A stretch of DNA of 64,000 nt from an uncultured virus (IMG/VR IMGVR_UViG_3300013115_000259) (lineage: Duplodnaviria; Heunggongvirae; Uroviricota; Caudoviricetes). Of this stretch, positions 40,545 through 50,297 are shown in pieces (the stretch's first letter is position 1; every line of letters starts with the position of its first letter). The notes under the pieces were generated by a model that saw nothing but the letters and a program-made list of their open reading frames with translations, had not been told where the DNA came from and searched no databases. Made by a program: the position numbers and the translations under genes. The DNA lies in the IMG/VR virus record IMGVR_UViG_3300013115_000259. One strand, 5' to 3'.

Positions 40545-41068
40545 AAATTACCAAGAATCAATTAAAAGCTTTAATCAGAGAGGGCATCTTTGATACTGAT
40601 ACACAAACACCAGAATTAACTCAAGCTCTTAAGAAGCTGTTAAAAGGTATTGAATCTTTGGACACCAGTGTGGATTATTTATCGGCAGTTATGACAGGCA
40701 CCAGTCCTCTTTCGACAGGTGTAGGTCAAAAAATCATGGGGAGATATAGAACACCCCCTACTCATTTTACCCCCGGCGGCAAAGGGGAGCTTAAAGAAAA
40801 TGACGATAGTGCGCATTGGAAAGCTCAATTAGAAGAGGCAATTGCTAATTTATATGGAACCGGTCTTGGCCCCGATGAAATCAGAGAGAGGATTGAAAGC
40901 GCCTTTAATATTGAAATTAAAGAAGTGTATAGCAAAGAGCAAAGAGGCTATATGTGTGCCATGAAAGATGCATCCGACGATGAAAGGCCAGAAGGATTAT
41001 CTCAAGACGAGGCAGAAGAAATGTGCACATCCAAAGGTTATAAAAAGAAAAAAGGGAGCAAAGAATGA
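40541..41068 (+). CDS. Hypothetical protein with MKITKNQLKALIRE leader
   Basis: Carries the motif; ATGA overlap. Confidence 0.6.
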   Translation: MKITKNQLKALIREGIFDTDTQTPELTQALKKLLKGIESLDTSVDYLSAVMTGTSPLSTGVGQKIMGRYRTPPTHFTPGGKGELKENDDSAHWKAQLEEAIANLYGTGLGPDEIRERIESAFNIEIKEVYSKEQRGYMCAMKDASDDERPEGLSQDEAEEMCTSKGYKKKKGSKE

Positions 41069-41259
41069 AAAAAATGGTACAAGGAAAATTAGACACATTA
41101 TTGGAAAAGGCGATCTCACGAAAGTTGCTGGTGTGGTTTACTGCAACAGGATTAATGTTGACAGCCAACCTTGAGTCCGCCGATTGGGTTATTATTTCTG
41201 GATTATATCTGGGTGGCCAAGGTATTATTGATGCGATTGCGAAACTTAAAGGTGCTTAA
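41065..41259 (+). CDS. Small two-TM membrane protein, holin-like
   Basis: 64 aa, 'SRKLLVW...' with two hydrophobic segments, upstream of a spanin-like pair. Confidence 0.5.
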   Translation: MKKMVQGKLDTLLEKAISRKLLVWFTATGLMLTANLESADWVIISGLYLGGQGIIDAIAKLKGA

Positions 41260-41642
41260 TGAATGTAGCCTCAGTTTTGCGGTTCGTTAGAAATAACTGG
41301 AAAGAACTTTTAATCGTATGTTGCCTATTATTAGTAATAGGCAAAATGCGTTATGACTATAAACAACTCGAAAGTGCATATATAGCAACGCAAGAAAGCT
41401 TGCAAAATCAAATCGCTGGACTTCAAGAGATTCACAAAAGAGAATTAGAGAAACGTGAAGAGGCTTTGCAGCAATATGAAGAACAGTTGGCAGCTGTCCA
41501 AGAGCGTTATGAGATGGACAAAGAAGAATTAAAAGAGTTAAAAAACAAAAAGCAAAAAGAATTCGTTAAAGATTTTGTTGAAGATCCGCGAGCACTAATT
41601 GAAGAAATAGAATCTATATTTGGGTTTGATTATGTTGAATAG
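41259..41642 (+). CDS. N-terminal TM plus coiled-coil protein, i-spanin-like
   Basis: 'WKELLIVCCLLLVIG' followed by a charged heptad-rich segment. Confidence 0.5.
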   Translation: MNVASVLRFVRNNWKELLIVCCLLLVIGKMRYDYKQLESAYIATQESLQNQIAGLQEIHKRELEKREEALQQYEEQLAAVQERYEMDKEELKELKNKKQKEFVKDFVEDPRALIEEIESIFGFDYVE

Positions 41643-42057
41643 AATCTTGGCTTTGTTTTTGTTTTCTTCAACAGCGTTAGCTGACGATGGCACATTTACT
41701 CTTGTGGCAGAAGAACAGCCAGCACCCTTTGCAGGGGTTTTATTTGATCCGATAGCTACTGCAAACATTATGACAGAAAAAGATGGCTGGAAATCGTCAT
41801 GTGATATAGAGATAGAATATCAATTAGATGTCGCCGGCACCGAATTTGAACTGGAAAGAAAGAATTTTAATATTCGTTATGATGCTTTGGACGCCGAATA
41901 TAAATTAATTATTGAACAAAAGGACACCGAGATTGTTAAACTACAAGAGACAATCAAGAAACAGTCTCCACCTAACAAGTGGTGGTGGTATGCTGGTGGA
42001 ATTGCGAGCGGCGTTGTTGTAACTTACGGAGCATACAAAGCATTTCGAGATGAGTAA
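41632..42057 (+). CDS. Exported coiled-coil protein with signal peptide and C-terminal TM; possible spanin partner
   Basis: 'MLNRILALFLFSSTALA-DD' SPase I-like signal and C-terminal 'WWWYAGGIASGVVVTYGAY'. Confidence 0.5.
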   Translation: MLNRILALFLFSSTALADDGTFTLVAEEQPAPFAGVLFDPIATANIMTEKDGWKSSCDIEIEYQLDVAGTEFELERKNFNIRYDALDAEYKLIIEQKDTEIVKLQETIKKQSPPNKWWWYAGGIASGVVVTYGAYKAFRDE

Positions 42058-42439
42058 AGATAAACTAAATCATATTGCTGCAGTTGAAAAAGCGATATCA
42101 AAGAAGTATGGAGACGAAGCAATTCAAAATCCTAAAGCAAATTGGGATGAGAACAAAGAAAAAGATTATCTCCAACAAATGAAAGAGTTTTATCAGAAAA
42201 CACAACAAATCGAAGAGTCTCAAGAAAAAGTAGATGTTAATGGTATAAAGGTATCAAAAAAACTACTTAATAGAGATGCTATACGTTCATGTCCAATTTG
42301 TAGCTCCTTCGCAAGAAGATCTATGGATGATGTTTGTTTAGTTAAGTTCGATTGTTGCTTCAAATGCTATATACAATATGTTGAAGACAGAGAAGAGAGA
42401 TGGCTAAAAGGATGGAGACCCGAAAATGAAGCTGACTAA
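42050..42439 (+). CDS. Hypothetical protein with a Cys cluster (putative Zn-binding)
   Basis: CPIC...C....CCFKC. Confidence 0.55.
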   Translation: MSKDKLNHIAAVEKAISKKYGDEAIQNPKANWDENKEKDYLQQMKEFYQKTQQIEESQEKVDVNGIKVSKKLLNRDAIRSCPICSSFARRSMDDVCLVKFDCCFKCYIQYVEDREERWLKGWRPENEAD

Positions 42440-42791
42440 GAAAGATATCCGCAAAGCAATTTATGAAGCGCTAAATGAAGCGCCGGCTGCTCCCGGTTCT
42501 TCGGCTCTAAAAATGCTGAACACTGCACTTCAAAGAGTGAAAGCTCAGGAATTAATGGCGCGCCTTACTACACCTGCCGATTTTCAAGCATTGCTCAATT
42601 ATGTAATTACTGGTGCGACAAGTATCAAGCATGATCGCAAAAGGGCTATTTTATCGACAACTTTAGCAGCGCTGAATAAGCAAAGCGGAGAACAGGCACC
42701 CCAACAACCAGCGGCCGCAGAGCAACCACAACAGGCACAAGTACACGCTCCCGTTGCCGAACATGATTTTAAAAGAAAAGGAAACAAATAA
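42426..42791 (+). CDS. Hypothetical protein with MKLTKKDIRKAIYEALNE leader
   Basis: Leader motif variant; GGAG SD. Confidence 0.55.
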   Translation: MKLTKKDIRKAIYEALNEAPAAPGSSALKMLNTALQRVKAQELMARLTTPADFQALLNYVITGATSIKHDRKRAILSTTLAALNKQSGEQAPQQPAAAEQPQQAQVHAPVAEHDFKRKGNK

Positions 42792-43357
42792 TGGCTAAGA
42801 AAAAAGAATCAGATTCAATTTATGATATAGTTCAAGGACTATCACAAGCTGCAGCCAATGCGTATGATGGTGCGTTGGGTGAAGATTATGAACCAGTTAA
42901 ACCAGGAATTCTTCGTAGAGAAGAAGGAGACGCTTTAATCGATGAGCGTGTGATGGACGGATTTAATGTTAAGATATATGGAAACATGATGTGCTTAACT
43001 TATCAGTCTGAGATTCAACTTAAAGAGATTTATGCCGCCGGCTTTGAAGGTGAAATTGATCAACGTATGAGCGATATCGCAGGATGGATAAAAAAAGAAT
43101 ATAAACGTATTACTGGAAGCTCAGTTGCGTTGACAGAAGAGGGAGAAGTAGATGTTCGGGCAGAAAACTCATCTCGTGTTCGTAGCTGGGTAATAGCAAA
43201 GAAACATTATAAGATTGGTGGCTTGCCGGATGAAATGCATATCGAGGCGCCTTCTAAGGATAGACTAGAGAAAGGTTGGAAAACTTTTCTAGAACAAGGT
43301 GGCTGGAAAGGTAAGCGCCCGAAGAACGATACTCGGCCTAAAGGAGAAACGAAATGA
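42791..43357 (+). CDS. Hypothetical protein
   Basis: 188 aa, TAATG-coupled, AAGGA SD. Confidence 0.55.
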   Translation: MAKKKESDSIYDIVQGLSQAAANAYDGALGEDYEPVKPGILRREEGDALIDERVMDGFNVKIYGNMMCLTYQSEIQLKEIYAAGFEGEIDQRMSDIAGWIKKEYKRITGSSVALTEEGEVDVRAENSSRVRSWVIAKKHYKIGGLPDEMHIEAPSKDRLEKGWKTFLEQGGWKGKRPKNDTRPKGETK

Positions 43358-43509
43358 GTAGGCCAAGAAAGAATAAGAAGTTTATCGATCCACGATATTT
43401 TATGGACGAGAAGATGGAAATTCCTGAAGAACAACCTCCGCAGCCCGACGCGCCACCGCATGCGCCTCATCAGCCCTCCCAGGAAGAACAGTCAAATGAA
43501 AATATCTAA
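43354..43509 (+). CDS. 51 aa hypothetical protein (MSRPRKNKKFIDPRYFMDE...), not in the ORF track
   Basis: AAGGAG SD and ATGA overlap with the upstream gene. Confidence 0.5.
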   Translation: MSRPRKNKKFIDPRYFMDEKMEIPEEQPPQPDAPPHAPHQPSQEEQSNENI

Positions 43510-43828
43510 ATCCAGAATACAAGAAATCATCCAAGAAGAGATTGTAAGAGAGATTAATTTTAGAACTGGTGTACCAGAAGAAGATATTCTTACTCACGGA
43601 TCGGATCTTGACAAATATCCCACCACAAAGGAAGAAGAAATGTCTGATGCTATTTCCCAGGTTCTTGAAGACTTATTGTCTGATACTGTCGAGGGTCAAG
43701 GTGGTCCTCCCCGCGACACGTGGATAATGGAATATGACGATGAGCTTAGTGATGAAGCAATGCGCTTGAGAGATAGAATTCTAGCGGCCGCCGATGAAGT
43801 TATTGAGAGAGAAGAAGCACGAAGATAA
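43496..43828 (+). CDS. Hypothetical protein with MKISKSRIQEIIQEE leader (true start likely 43496)
   Basis: The leader motif begins at the in-frame ATG 43496. Confidence 0.55.
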   Translation: MKISKSRIQEIIQEEIVREINFRTGVPEEDILTHGSDLDKYPTTKEEEMSDAISQVLEDLLSDTVEGQGGPPRDTWIMEYDDELSDEAMRLRDRILAAADEVIEREEARR

Positions 43829-43834
43829 AAATGA

Positions 43835-45418
43835 ATGAGCTTTCAATTAGACAAAAAACAAAAAGTAAAAGAGATATTAAAGTGCGGCAAAGATTCTGCC
43901 TATTTTTTAAAGACGTATGCGAGGATCTCGCATCCACTACACGGTCTTATTTTATTTGACACGTATGACTTTCAGGACGATTTGCTGGATAACTTTAACG
44001 ATTATCGTTTTAATGTTATTTTAAAAGCCCGCCAGCTTGGCATCTCAACGATTACGGCTGGTTATATTGTTTGGATGATGTTATTTCATCGAGATAAAGC
44101 AATTCTTGTAATGGCAACAAAGTTTGCAACGGCGGGTAACTTAGTAAAAAAAGTAAAAGGTATCATGCGTAATCTTCCAGACTGGTTAAAGATTGCCACT
44201 ATTGATGTAGACAACAGAACTTCGTTTGAGCTTTCTAACGGTTCTTCTATTAAGGCCGCCTCCACTTCTGGCGATGCTGGCCGTTCGGAGGCGTTGTCTC
44301 TTTTGGTATTGGACGAAGCGGCACACATCGAAGGTTTAGAAGAACTCTGGACAGGTTTGTATCCCACGCTATCCACCGGTGGACGCTGTATTGCTTTGTC
44401 TACTCCCAACGGTGTGGGAAATTGGTTTCACAAGACGTGCACGGACGCAGACGCAGGAACAAACAATTTTAATTTGACAACTCTCATGTGGGATGTGCAC
44501 CCTGAACGAGATGAAGAGTGGTATAAGAAAGAAACCAAAAATATGTCGAAACGACAGATTGCACAAGAATTAGAATGTAACTTTAATACTTCAGGCGAAA
44601 CTGTTATTGATCCTGATTGTATGGAGTGGCTGTTGACGTGTGTGAGGGAGCCTAAATATCGTACTGGTTTTGATCGAAACTTTTGGATCTGGGAAGAACA
44701 TGATCCCACGTGTAATTATTTAATGGTAGTGGATGTTGCACGTGGAGACGCTGCTGACTATTCTACTTTTCATATTATAAAATTAGAAACATTAGAAGTG
44801 GTAGGAGAGTATCAAGGAAAGCCAACCCCAGATATGTATGCCAATATGCTGAATCAAGTGGGTAGAGAATATGGGGGATGTATGCTGGTAGTTGAAAATA
44901 ATAATATTGGATACACAGTACTAGACAAGCTCATAGAATACCAATATCCCAATCTTTATTATTCAATTAAGTCCACCCATGAATATATTGAGCAACACCA
45001 GGCCGAAATAAGAAATAGCGCCATCCCAGGTTTCACCACTTCGATGAAGACGCGTCCCTTGATCGTCGCGAAATTAGAGGAGTTTATCAGAAACAAACTA
45101 ATTAAAATATATTCTTCACGACTAGTAAACGAAATGAAAACTTTTATTTGGAAAAATGGCAAACCCCAAGCTATGAAAAGCTATCATGATGATCTAGTAA
45201 TGGCTCTTGCTATAGGTTGCTGGGTACGAGATACCGCTATTCAAGCAAACGCGCGAGATTTAAATTATCACAAAGCCTTCCTTGGTTCTATTAAAACTAC
45301 CAATACATCCTTCAATACCAGGATAAGTGGCCAAGAGGGCTACAAAAAAGATAACATCTTTGATAAAATAAATGAAGCAAAGAATATGTATGATCAATAT
45401 AAATGGATTATAAAGTGA
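43835..45418 (+). CDS. terL: Terminase large subunit (T4 gp17-like)
   Basis: Q motif 'YDFQ', Walker A 'KARQLGIST', Walker B 'LLVLDEAAH', 'STPNG', 'QELEC.F', nuclease 'VDVARG..DYS' and 'HDDLVMA'. Confidence 0.95.
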   Translation: MSFQLDKKQKVKEILKCGKDSAYFLKTYARISHPLHGLILFDTYDFQDDLLDNFNDYRFNVILKARQLGISTITAGYIVWMMLFHRDKAILVMATKFATAGNLVKKVKGIMRNLPDWLKIATIDVDNRTSFELSNGSSIKAASTSGDAGRSEALSLLVLDEAAHIEGLEELWTGLYPTLSTGGRCIALSTPNGVGNWFHKTCTDADAGTNNFNLTTLMWDVHPERDEEWYKKETKNMSKRQIAQELECNFNTSGETVIDPDCMEWLLTCVREPKYRTGFDRNFWIWEEHDPTCNYLMVVDVARGDAADYSTFHIIKLETLEVVGEYQGKPTPDMYANMLNQVGREYGGCMLVVENNNIGYTVLDKLIEYQYPNLYYSIKSTHEYIEQHQAEIRNSAIPGFTTSMKTRPLIVAKLEEFIRNKLIKIYSSRLVNEMKTFIWKNGKPQAMKSYHDDLVMALAIGCWVRDTAIQANARDLNYHKAFLGSIKTTNTSFNTRISGQEGYKKDNIFDKINEAKNMYDQYKWIIK

Positions 45419-45427
45419 GAAAACTAA

Positions 45428-47443
45428 ATGCCCCCCTTTAAAGGAAAAAACCCTAACAACCCCCAGTCGGATTTATTTAAAGCCCTAACAAGGCTTTTTT
45501 CAGGTCCGATTATTAATTATCGCTCTCAATCGGGACGACGTATTAGAAGACAACATCTTGACAAATTCTCTTCTCGGTTTAAATCAGCATCAGGACAACA
45601 GTTTAAAAAGACATTATATAGCCCTTTAGATACTATTGCCACCAATGCTATAGCAAACCAACGACGTTCTGAAAGATATATTGATTTTGATCAAATGGAA
45701 TATACGCCAGAGATCGCTTCTACGATGGATATATATGCAGACGAAATGACTACATATTCTGATTTGCGACCCATGCTTAACATCAAGTGCCCCAATGAAG
45801 AATTGCGAGCAGTATTGGATGTGCTTTATAGTAGTGTTTTAAACTTAAATTATAATTTATTCGGGTGGAGTCGCACTATGTGTAAGTATGGCGATTTCTT
45901 TCTGTATTTGGACATTGACGAAAAATATGGAGTCAAATCAGTTATTGCTCTCCCTCCCCAAGAAATTGAAAGACTAGAAGGAATGGACAGCACCAATCCC
46001 AACTATATCCAATATCAGTGGAATAGTGCGGGAATGACATTTGAAAATTGGCAAATGTGTCATTTTCGTATTTTAGGAAATGATAAGTATGCGCCGTATG
46101 GGACATCAATTCTAGAGCCAGCCAGACGCATCTGGCGCCAGCTAACTTTGATGGAAGATGCGATGATGGCATATCGCGTGATCCGTTCCTCAGAACGTCG
46201 CCTTTTTAAGATTGATGTAGGTGCGATTCCTCCACAGGATGTGGAGCAATACATGGAGAAGATTGTCACACAGCTTAAGCGCCACTCCGTGGTGGATCCT
46301 AAAACGGGACACATTGATTTGCGTTATAACCCTATGAGCATTGAGGAAGATTATTTTATCCCCGTCCGTGCTGGCTCCGCGACAGACATTACAAATCTTG
46401 CTGGTGGAGCAAACACAACGCAGATTGATGATATTAAGTACCTTAGAGATAAGTTATTCTCCGCTCTTAAAATTCCCCAATCATATCTCACGATGGGAGA
46501 GGGAGCCGAGGAAGACAAGACAACATTAGCCCAAAAAGACATTCGTTTTGCTAGAACTATTCAAAGACTTCAGCGAGTGATTGTAGCAGAACTAACCAAG
46601 ATTGGAATCATTCACTTGTATACCCTAGGATTTAGAGGAGATGATTTACTTTCATTTCAATTAAGCTTAAATAATCCTTCTAAGATTGCGGAATTGCAAG
46701 AGCTAGAACATTGGAAAACAAAGTTTGACACCGCAGCAAGCGCTACGGAAGGCTATTTCTCTCGTCGGTGGGTATCAGAACATATGTTTGGAATGACGCA
46801 CGAAGAGTTTATTCGCAACCAGAGAGAGATGTATTATGATCGCATGCACGACGCTGCACTTCAACAAGTGGCAGAGGCATCGGCAGCAGAAGCCGCCGGC
46901 GCAGGTGCTGGCGCCATGGGTGGAGATCTTGGCGGTGGCATGGGCGCAGATCTTGGTGGCGATCTTGGAATGGAGGCGCCTGGCGGGCCCGCCGAAATGC
47001 CGGCAACTGATGCCGCAGCTGCTGCAGCCCCTGAAGCAGCAGGTGAGGAATCCCCACTTTTGGCAGTTCCACCAGGATCGCGGAATTCTCCTCGTCTCAC
47101 GCCTGGATCCAGGGGGAAGGTATATAATCCTGTAAAGACAGACAAACGTGCAGCCGGCGCCCGTTCTCGTTCTTATGCTGCTAAATATTCGAAAGAAAAA
47201 GGCAGCAACACTAGAAGAGGAACGTTGCCGGGTTATGGCGATATACAATCTCTTGTAAAAATGGATGGCTTAACTAATGGAATTTATGAAGAAGAACAAT
47301 CTACTTATAGTTTGAGAGAACAAACAGAAGAGAAACAACTATTTACAATTAATGAATCTCTACGCAGCCTACTTCACGAATTGGAAACTAAAGACTTAAT
47401 AACGGAGCAAAAGAATGAAGACAAAACACAACAAGAAACGTAA
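45428..47443 (+). CDS. gp20: Portal protein (T4 gp20-like) with a long low-complexity C-terminal extension
   Basis: 'QLTLMEDAMMAYRVIRSSERRLFKIDVG', 'EEDYFIP', 'DDIKYLRDKLFSALKIP'; follows terL. Confidence 0.93.
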   Translation: MPPFKGKNPNNPQSDLFKALTRLFSGPIINYRSQSGRRIRRQHLDKFSSRFKSASGQQFKKTLYSPLDTIATNAIANQRRSERYIDFDQMEYTPEIASTMDIYADEMTTYSDLRPMLNIKCPNEELRAVLDVLYSSVLNLNYNLFGWSRTMCKYGDFFLYLDIDEKYGVKSVIALPPQEIERLEGMDSTNPNYIQYQWNSAGMTFENWQMCHFRILGNDKYAPYGTSILEPARRIWRQLTLMEDAMMAYRVIRSSERRLFKIDVGAIPPQDVEQYMEKIVTQLKRHSVVDPKTGHIDLRYNPMSIEEDYFIPVRAGSATDITNLAGGANTTQIDDIKYLRDKLFSALKIPQSYLTMGEGAEEDKTTLAQKDIRFARTIQRLQRVIVAELTKIGIIHLYTLGFRGDDLLSFQLSLNNPSKIAELQELEHWKTKFDTAASATEGYFSRRWVSEHMFGMTHEEFIRNQREMYYDRMHDAALQQVAEASAAEAAGAGAGAMGGDLGGGMGADLGGDLGMEAPGGPAEMPATDAAAAAAPEAAGEESPLLAVPPGSRNSPRLTPGSRGKVYNPVKTDKRAAGARSRSYAAKYSKEKGSNTRRGTLPGYGDIQSLVKMDGLTNGIYEEEQSTYSLREQTEEKQLFTINESLRSLLHELETKDLITEQKNEDKTQQET

Positions 47444-48248
47444 TACAGCTTTTGTATACGAAGCGCTTGTCAAAGAAGCTACTGTTGCCATTTTAAAAAA
47501 CGATTCAAACAGAAGAAATATAGCAATCAAAGTAATAAAAAAGCATTTCAAGCCTGGAAGTGTGTTGAGAAGAGATTTAGATTGCTATCGTTCGTTGTGT
47601 GAAAATCAGAATTTAGATCGCGTCATGGCAGAAAAGATATTGCGCGAAGCTAAATTACAACACAAGCTTATTGATCCAACTGGTTTATTCAAACAACAAA
47701 CCAAGTTAATTCACGATGTTAACAAAGATGTATCACCATCAGTTTTTGCTAATTTCGTACCCAACTACAAATCGTTGGCAACTATTATGCAGATTTTTTC
47801 AGATCGTATTTCTCCTAAAAATCAAATTATTTTAGAAAATGAGATTATTCAACGCATGACAATAGGCAGAGAAGAGGTGGAGAAAGGAGAAGTTATTGAT
47901 GGGTTGGTTTATAAAACATTCGCCACTAAGTTTAATAAGAAATATGAGAATGAGCTTTTAAATGAGCAAAAGCAACTGCTACATTATTATGTTGCTTCGT
48001 TCGCAGATAATGCTGTGGAGTTGAAGTTGTTTTTAAATGAAGAGCTACCGCGCCTTACAACTGCATTGCGTACCGCTCAAGATATAAATGAGATTAAAGA
48101 AGACGAAGAGATGCTAACAAAGACTCAATCAGTTATTGATCGTCTGGAGACATTAGGAGCTAGTGAGATTAACGAAGAGCTTCTTTTGACAGTTATGCGA
48201 ACTCAAGCGCTTGTAAAGGAAATTTATAACGATGCCCATAACCATTAA
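47415..48248 (+). CDS. Hypothetical helical protein in the head module
   Basis: 277 aa, immediately after the portal gene. Confidence 0.55.
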   Translation: MKTKHNKKRNTAFVYEALVKEATVAILKNDSNRRNIAIKVIKKHFKPGSVLRRDLDCYRSLCENQNLDRVMAEKILREAKLQHKLIDPTGLFKQQTKLIHDVNKDVSPSVFANFVPNYKSLATIMQIFSDRISPKNQIILENEIIQRMTIGREEVEKGEVIDGLVYKTFATKFNKKYENELLNEQKQLLHYYVASFADNAVELKLFLNEELPRLTTALRTAQDINEIKEDEEMLTKTQSVIDRLETLGASEINEELLLTVMRTQALVKEIYNDAHNH

Positions 48249-48768
48249 GATTGGAAAACCTAATGAAGGAAGCGTGCGTTTAGATTTAAATGTACGGAAA
48301 AGCGTCAGTGGAGATTTAATGATCTTTGATCATGGAGATATCGATATTGTATTATCAACTGCAAAAAACAAAGTTATAACATTTCCGAAAGAAGCCATGT
48401 CTGATTTGGCATATGGCGCCCAAAATCGTCTTTTTACATATCTCCATAAGAAAGGAATAGTAATCCCCGAATCGATTCATGCTGGTGGTTTTTATGGCTC
48501 TATCGAGGCTGATATGGAAACGCCCTCATCCGAACAATTAAGTGCCCCTAAGTTAGCTCTTATTAATATATCTCGTTTTATAGAAGAAGAGCGTCCTTAT
48601 TTTGAAGCCACCGAAGCAATAATATCGATGGACGACGAAGAATTGATACACCCGGATAAAGAAGACTCAACCGAGCTTGGAGATGTTCCGCAGAAGGTTG
48701 AACAAGGTTCGATTCGCAAAGGATATGTTAGGGATCCGTATTCGCTAAGTTATCTGTATACGATGTAG
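48232..48768 (+). CDS. Hypothetical protein
   Basis: 178 aa, overlapping the upstream gene. Confidence 0.5.
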   Translation: MPITIKIGKPNEGSVRLDLNVRKSVSGDLMIFDHGDIDIVLSTAKNKVITFPKEAMSDLAYGAQNRLFTYLHKKGIVIPESIHAGGFYGSIEADMETPSSEQLSAPKLALINISRFIEEERPYFEATEAIISMDDEELIHPDKEDSTELGDVPQKVEQGSIRKGYVRDPYSLSYLYTM

Positions 48769-48778
48769 GAGTGTTTCT

Positions 48779-49234
48779 GTGTCTGAGATGAAATTGATAA
48801 TGGAGAATTGGCGCCTTGCGAATTTGACCGAAGGTTTAAACACTGTCGGTGATTTAATTAATGTCATACAAACCGTCAAAAGAGATAAGATGTTAAAGAA
48901 AGGCGGCAAGCTGATAGCCAAGTTGGCTACTGGGGGCTTGGGAGACGTTGCTGATTTTTTAGGCGCAGCTATGGATGCAGGTGACTTTGCGTCAGCTTTG
49001 TATGGCGGAGATTTATCACAGAAAAAACAACCCCCAGGACTAGAAGCAATTGCTATTGATCCAGATATTTCTAGAATTGTAGATGATGATATAGAAAAAG
49101 CTTTTTTAAAACACCTGTCCGCACAACTCGAAGAGCTAGATCCGCAAACCCCATTAAGCCAAGTTAATACTACCGCGATGCTGCAGGCTTTTATAGCTCA
49201 GAATTTTAACAACAAAACTGTAAAGGATAACTAA
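48779..49234 (+). CDS. Hypothetical protein (MSEMKLIMENWR..LTEG)
   Basis: AGGAG SD and GTG start. Confidence 0.5.
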   Translation: MSEMKLIMENWRLANLTEGLNTVGDLINVIQTVKRDKMLKKGGKLIAKLATGGLGDVADFLGAAMDAGDFASALYGGDLSQKKQPPGLEAIAIDPDISRIVDDDIEKAFLKHLSAQLEELDPQTPLSQVNTTAMLQAFIAQNFNNKTVKDN

Positions 49235-49548
49235 TGGAACTTTTGACTTTTATACTCGCAGCTTATGGCTTAACTCAAATATTAGTGTACGGCAGCATTT
49301 TTGATGGATGGCGCCCCACAGAAGGAAAACTAGGAGAGCTATTCAAGTGTCCAATGTGTATGGGATTTTGGGTAGGCGCACTTTTAATGTTTCTTTCTCC
49401 GTTTACAGAACTATTTAGTTTTGACGTATCTGTTGACAATTTTTTGATTTTAGGATGTATCTCTTCGGGGACATCATATATATTAAATATGACATTCGGA
49501 GACGAAGGTATTAAGCTATTTAAAACAGTAGAGGTAAAAAATGACTAA
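49234..49548 (+). CDS. Small membrane protein with CxxC (DUF1360-like)
   Basis: 'GELFKCPMCMGFWVG' between hydrophobic helices. Confidence 0.6.
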   Translation: MELLTFILAAYGLTQILVYGSIFDGWRPTEGKLGELFKCPMCMGFWVGALLMFLSPFTELFSFDVSVDNFLILGCISSGTSYILNMTFGDEGIKLFKTVEVKND

Positions 49549-49633
49549 CTTTTGGACACAGAAATGGATGCTTCAACCAGTAAGGAATTGCTGTAAGGGA
49601 TCAATACCCGCGCGGGTGATGCCCGCAATATAG
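49541..49633 (+). CDS. 30 aa peptide (MTNFWTQKWMLQPVRNCCKGSIPARVMPAI), not in the ORF track
   Basis: GAGGT SD 5 nt upstream; fills the intergenic gap. Confidence 0.45.
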   Translation: MTNFWTQKWMLQPVRNCCKGSIPARVMPAI

Positions 49634-49643
49634 AGGAATACAA

Positions 49644-50297
49644 ATGAAGATTACTAAATCACAACTTAAACAGATAGTTGAAGAAGAGATATCTAATGTT
49701 ACTTCGGAAGCGATGTACGGCGCCGGCGAAACAGGCAGAAGAAAGATTGGCATGCAGGACGTAGCAGGCAACTATCTGCGCGATCAGAAGAAGGGCGAGG
49801 AACCTTACGCTCCCGATATACAGAGAGTATGGGAATCGGCACTTGAAGATGAGATTAAAAAGGCGCCCACCGCTGGTTTTGAAAAATGGTCTGATGATTA
49901 TCGATATTATCTTTTTTCTAAGAGAACCGTAATTAATGAATTTAAGCATATAATGGAAAAGTGGGGTAAAGACTATTGGGTAAGCCGCGCAAAACAAGCA
50001 CTAAAAACTGGTGATTCCATCTTTCCAGAGGCTAGTGAGAGCCGTGGTGGCCCACCAAATATGGATGAAGATGGCTGGCCACGAGTCCCAGAAGATGCCA
50101 ATCCGGTACCTGACTCAGTATATAAACCGGGAGAGTTTCCAACGGAACAGTGGTACAAGTTTGTTCCGCCGGCTGGTGGATTCGAAGGTAGAGAAGCTGG
50201 ACCCGCCCCAGAAGGGGAATATGATATTCCGTTTCAAGAGTCTATGATTACGCGGATTATCCAAGAAGAATTAAAGAGGTTTTTAAAAAATAAATAA
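49644..50297 (+). CDS. Hypothetical protein with MKITKSQLKQIVEEE leader
   Basis: Carries the motif and a GAGGA SD; immediately upstream of the prohead protease. Confidence 0.6.
   Translation: MKITKSQLKQIVEEEISNVTSEAMYGAGETGRRKIGMQDVAGNYLRDQKKGEEPYAPDIQRVWESALEDEIKKAPTAGFEKWSDDYRYYLFSKRTVINEFKHIMEKWGKDYWVSRAKQALKTGDSIFPEASESRGGPPNMDEDGWPRVPEDANPVPDSVYKPGEFPTEQWYKFVPPAGGFEGREAGPAPEGEYDIPFQESMITRIIQEELKRFLKNK

Noticed and set aside
43835..45418. Intein or intron in terminase (also considered for primase and SbcCD)
   Set aside because: Lengths are normal, motifs are contiguous, and no Hint or LAGLIDADG signature is visible.
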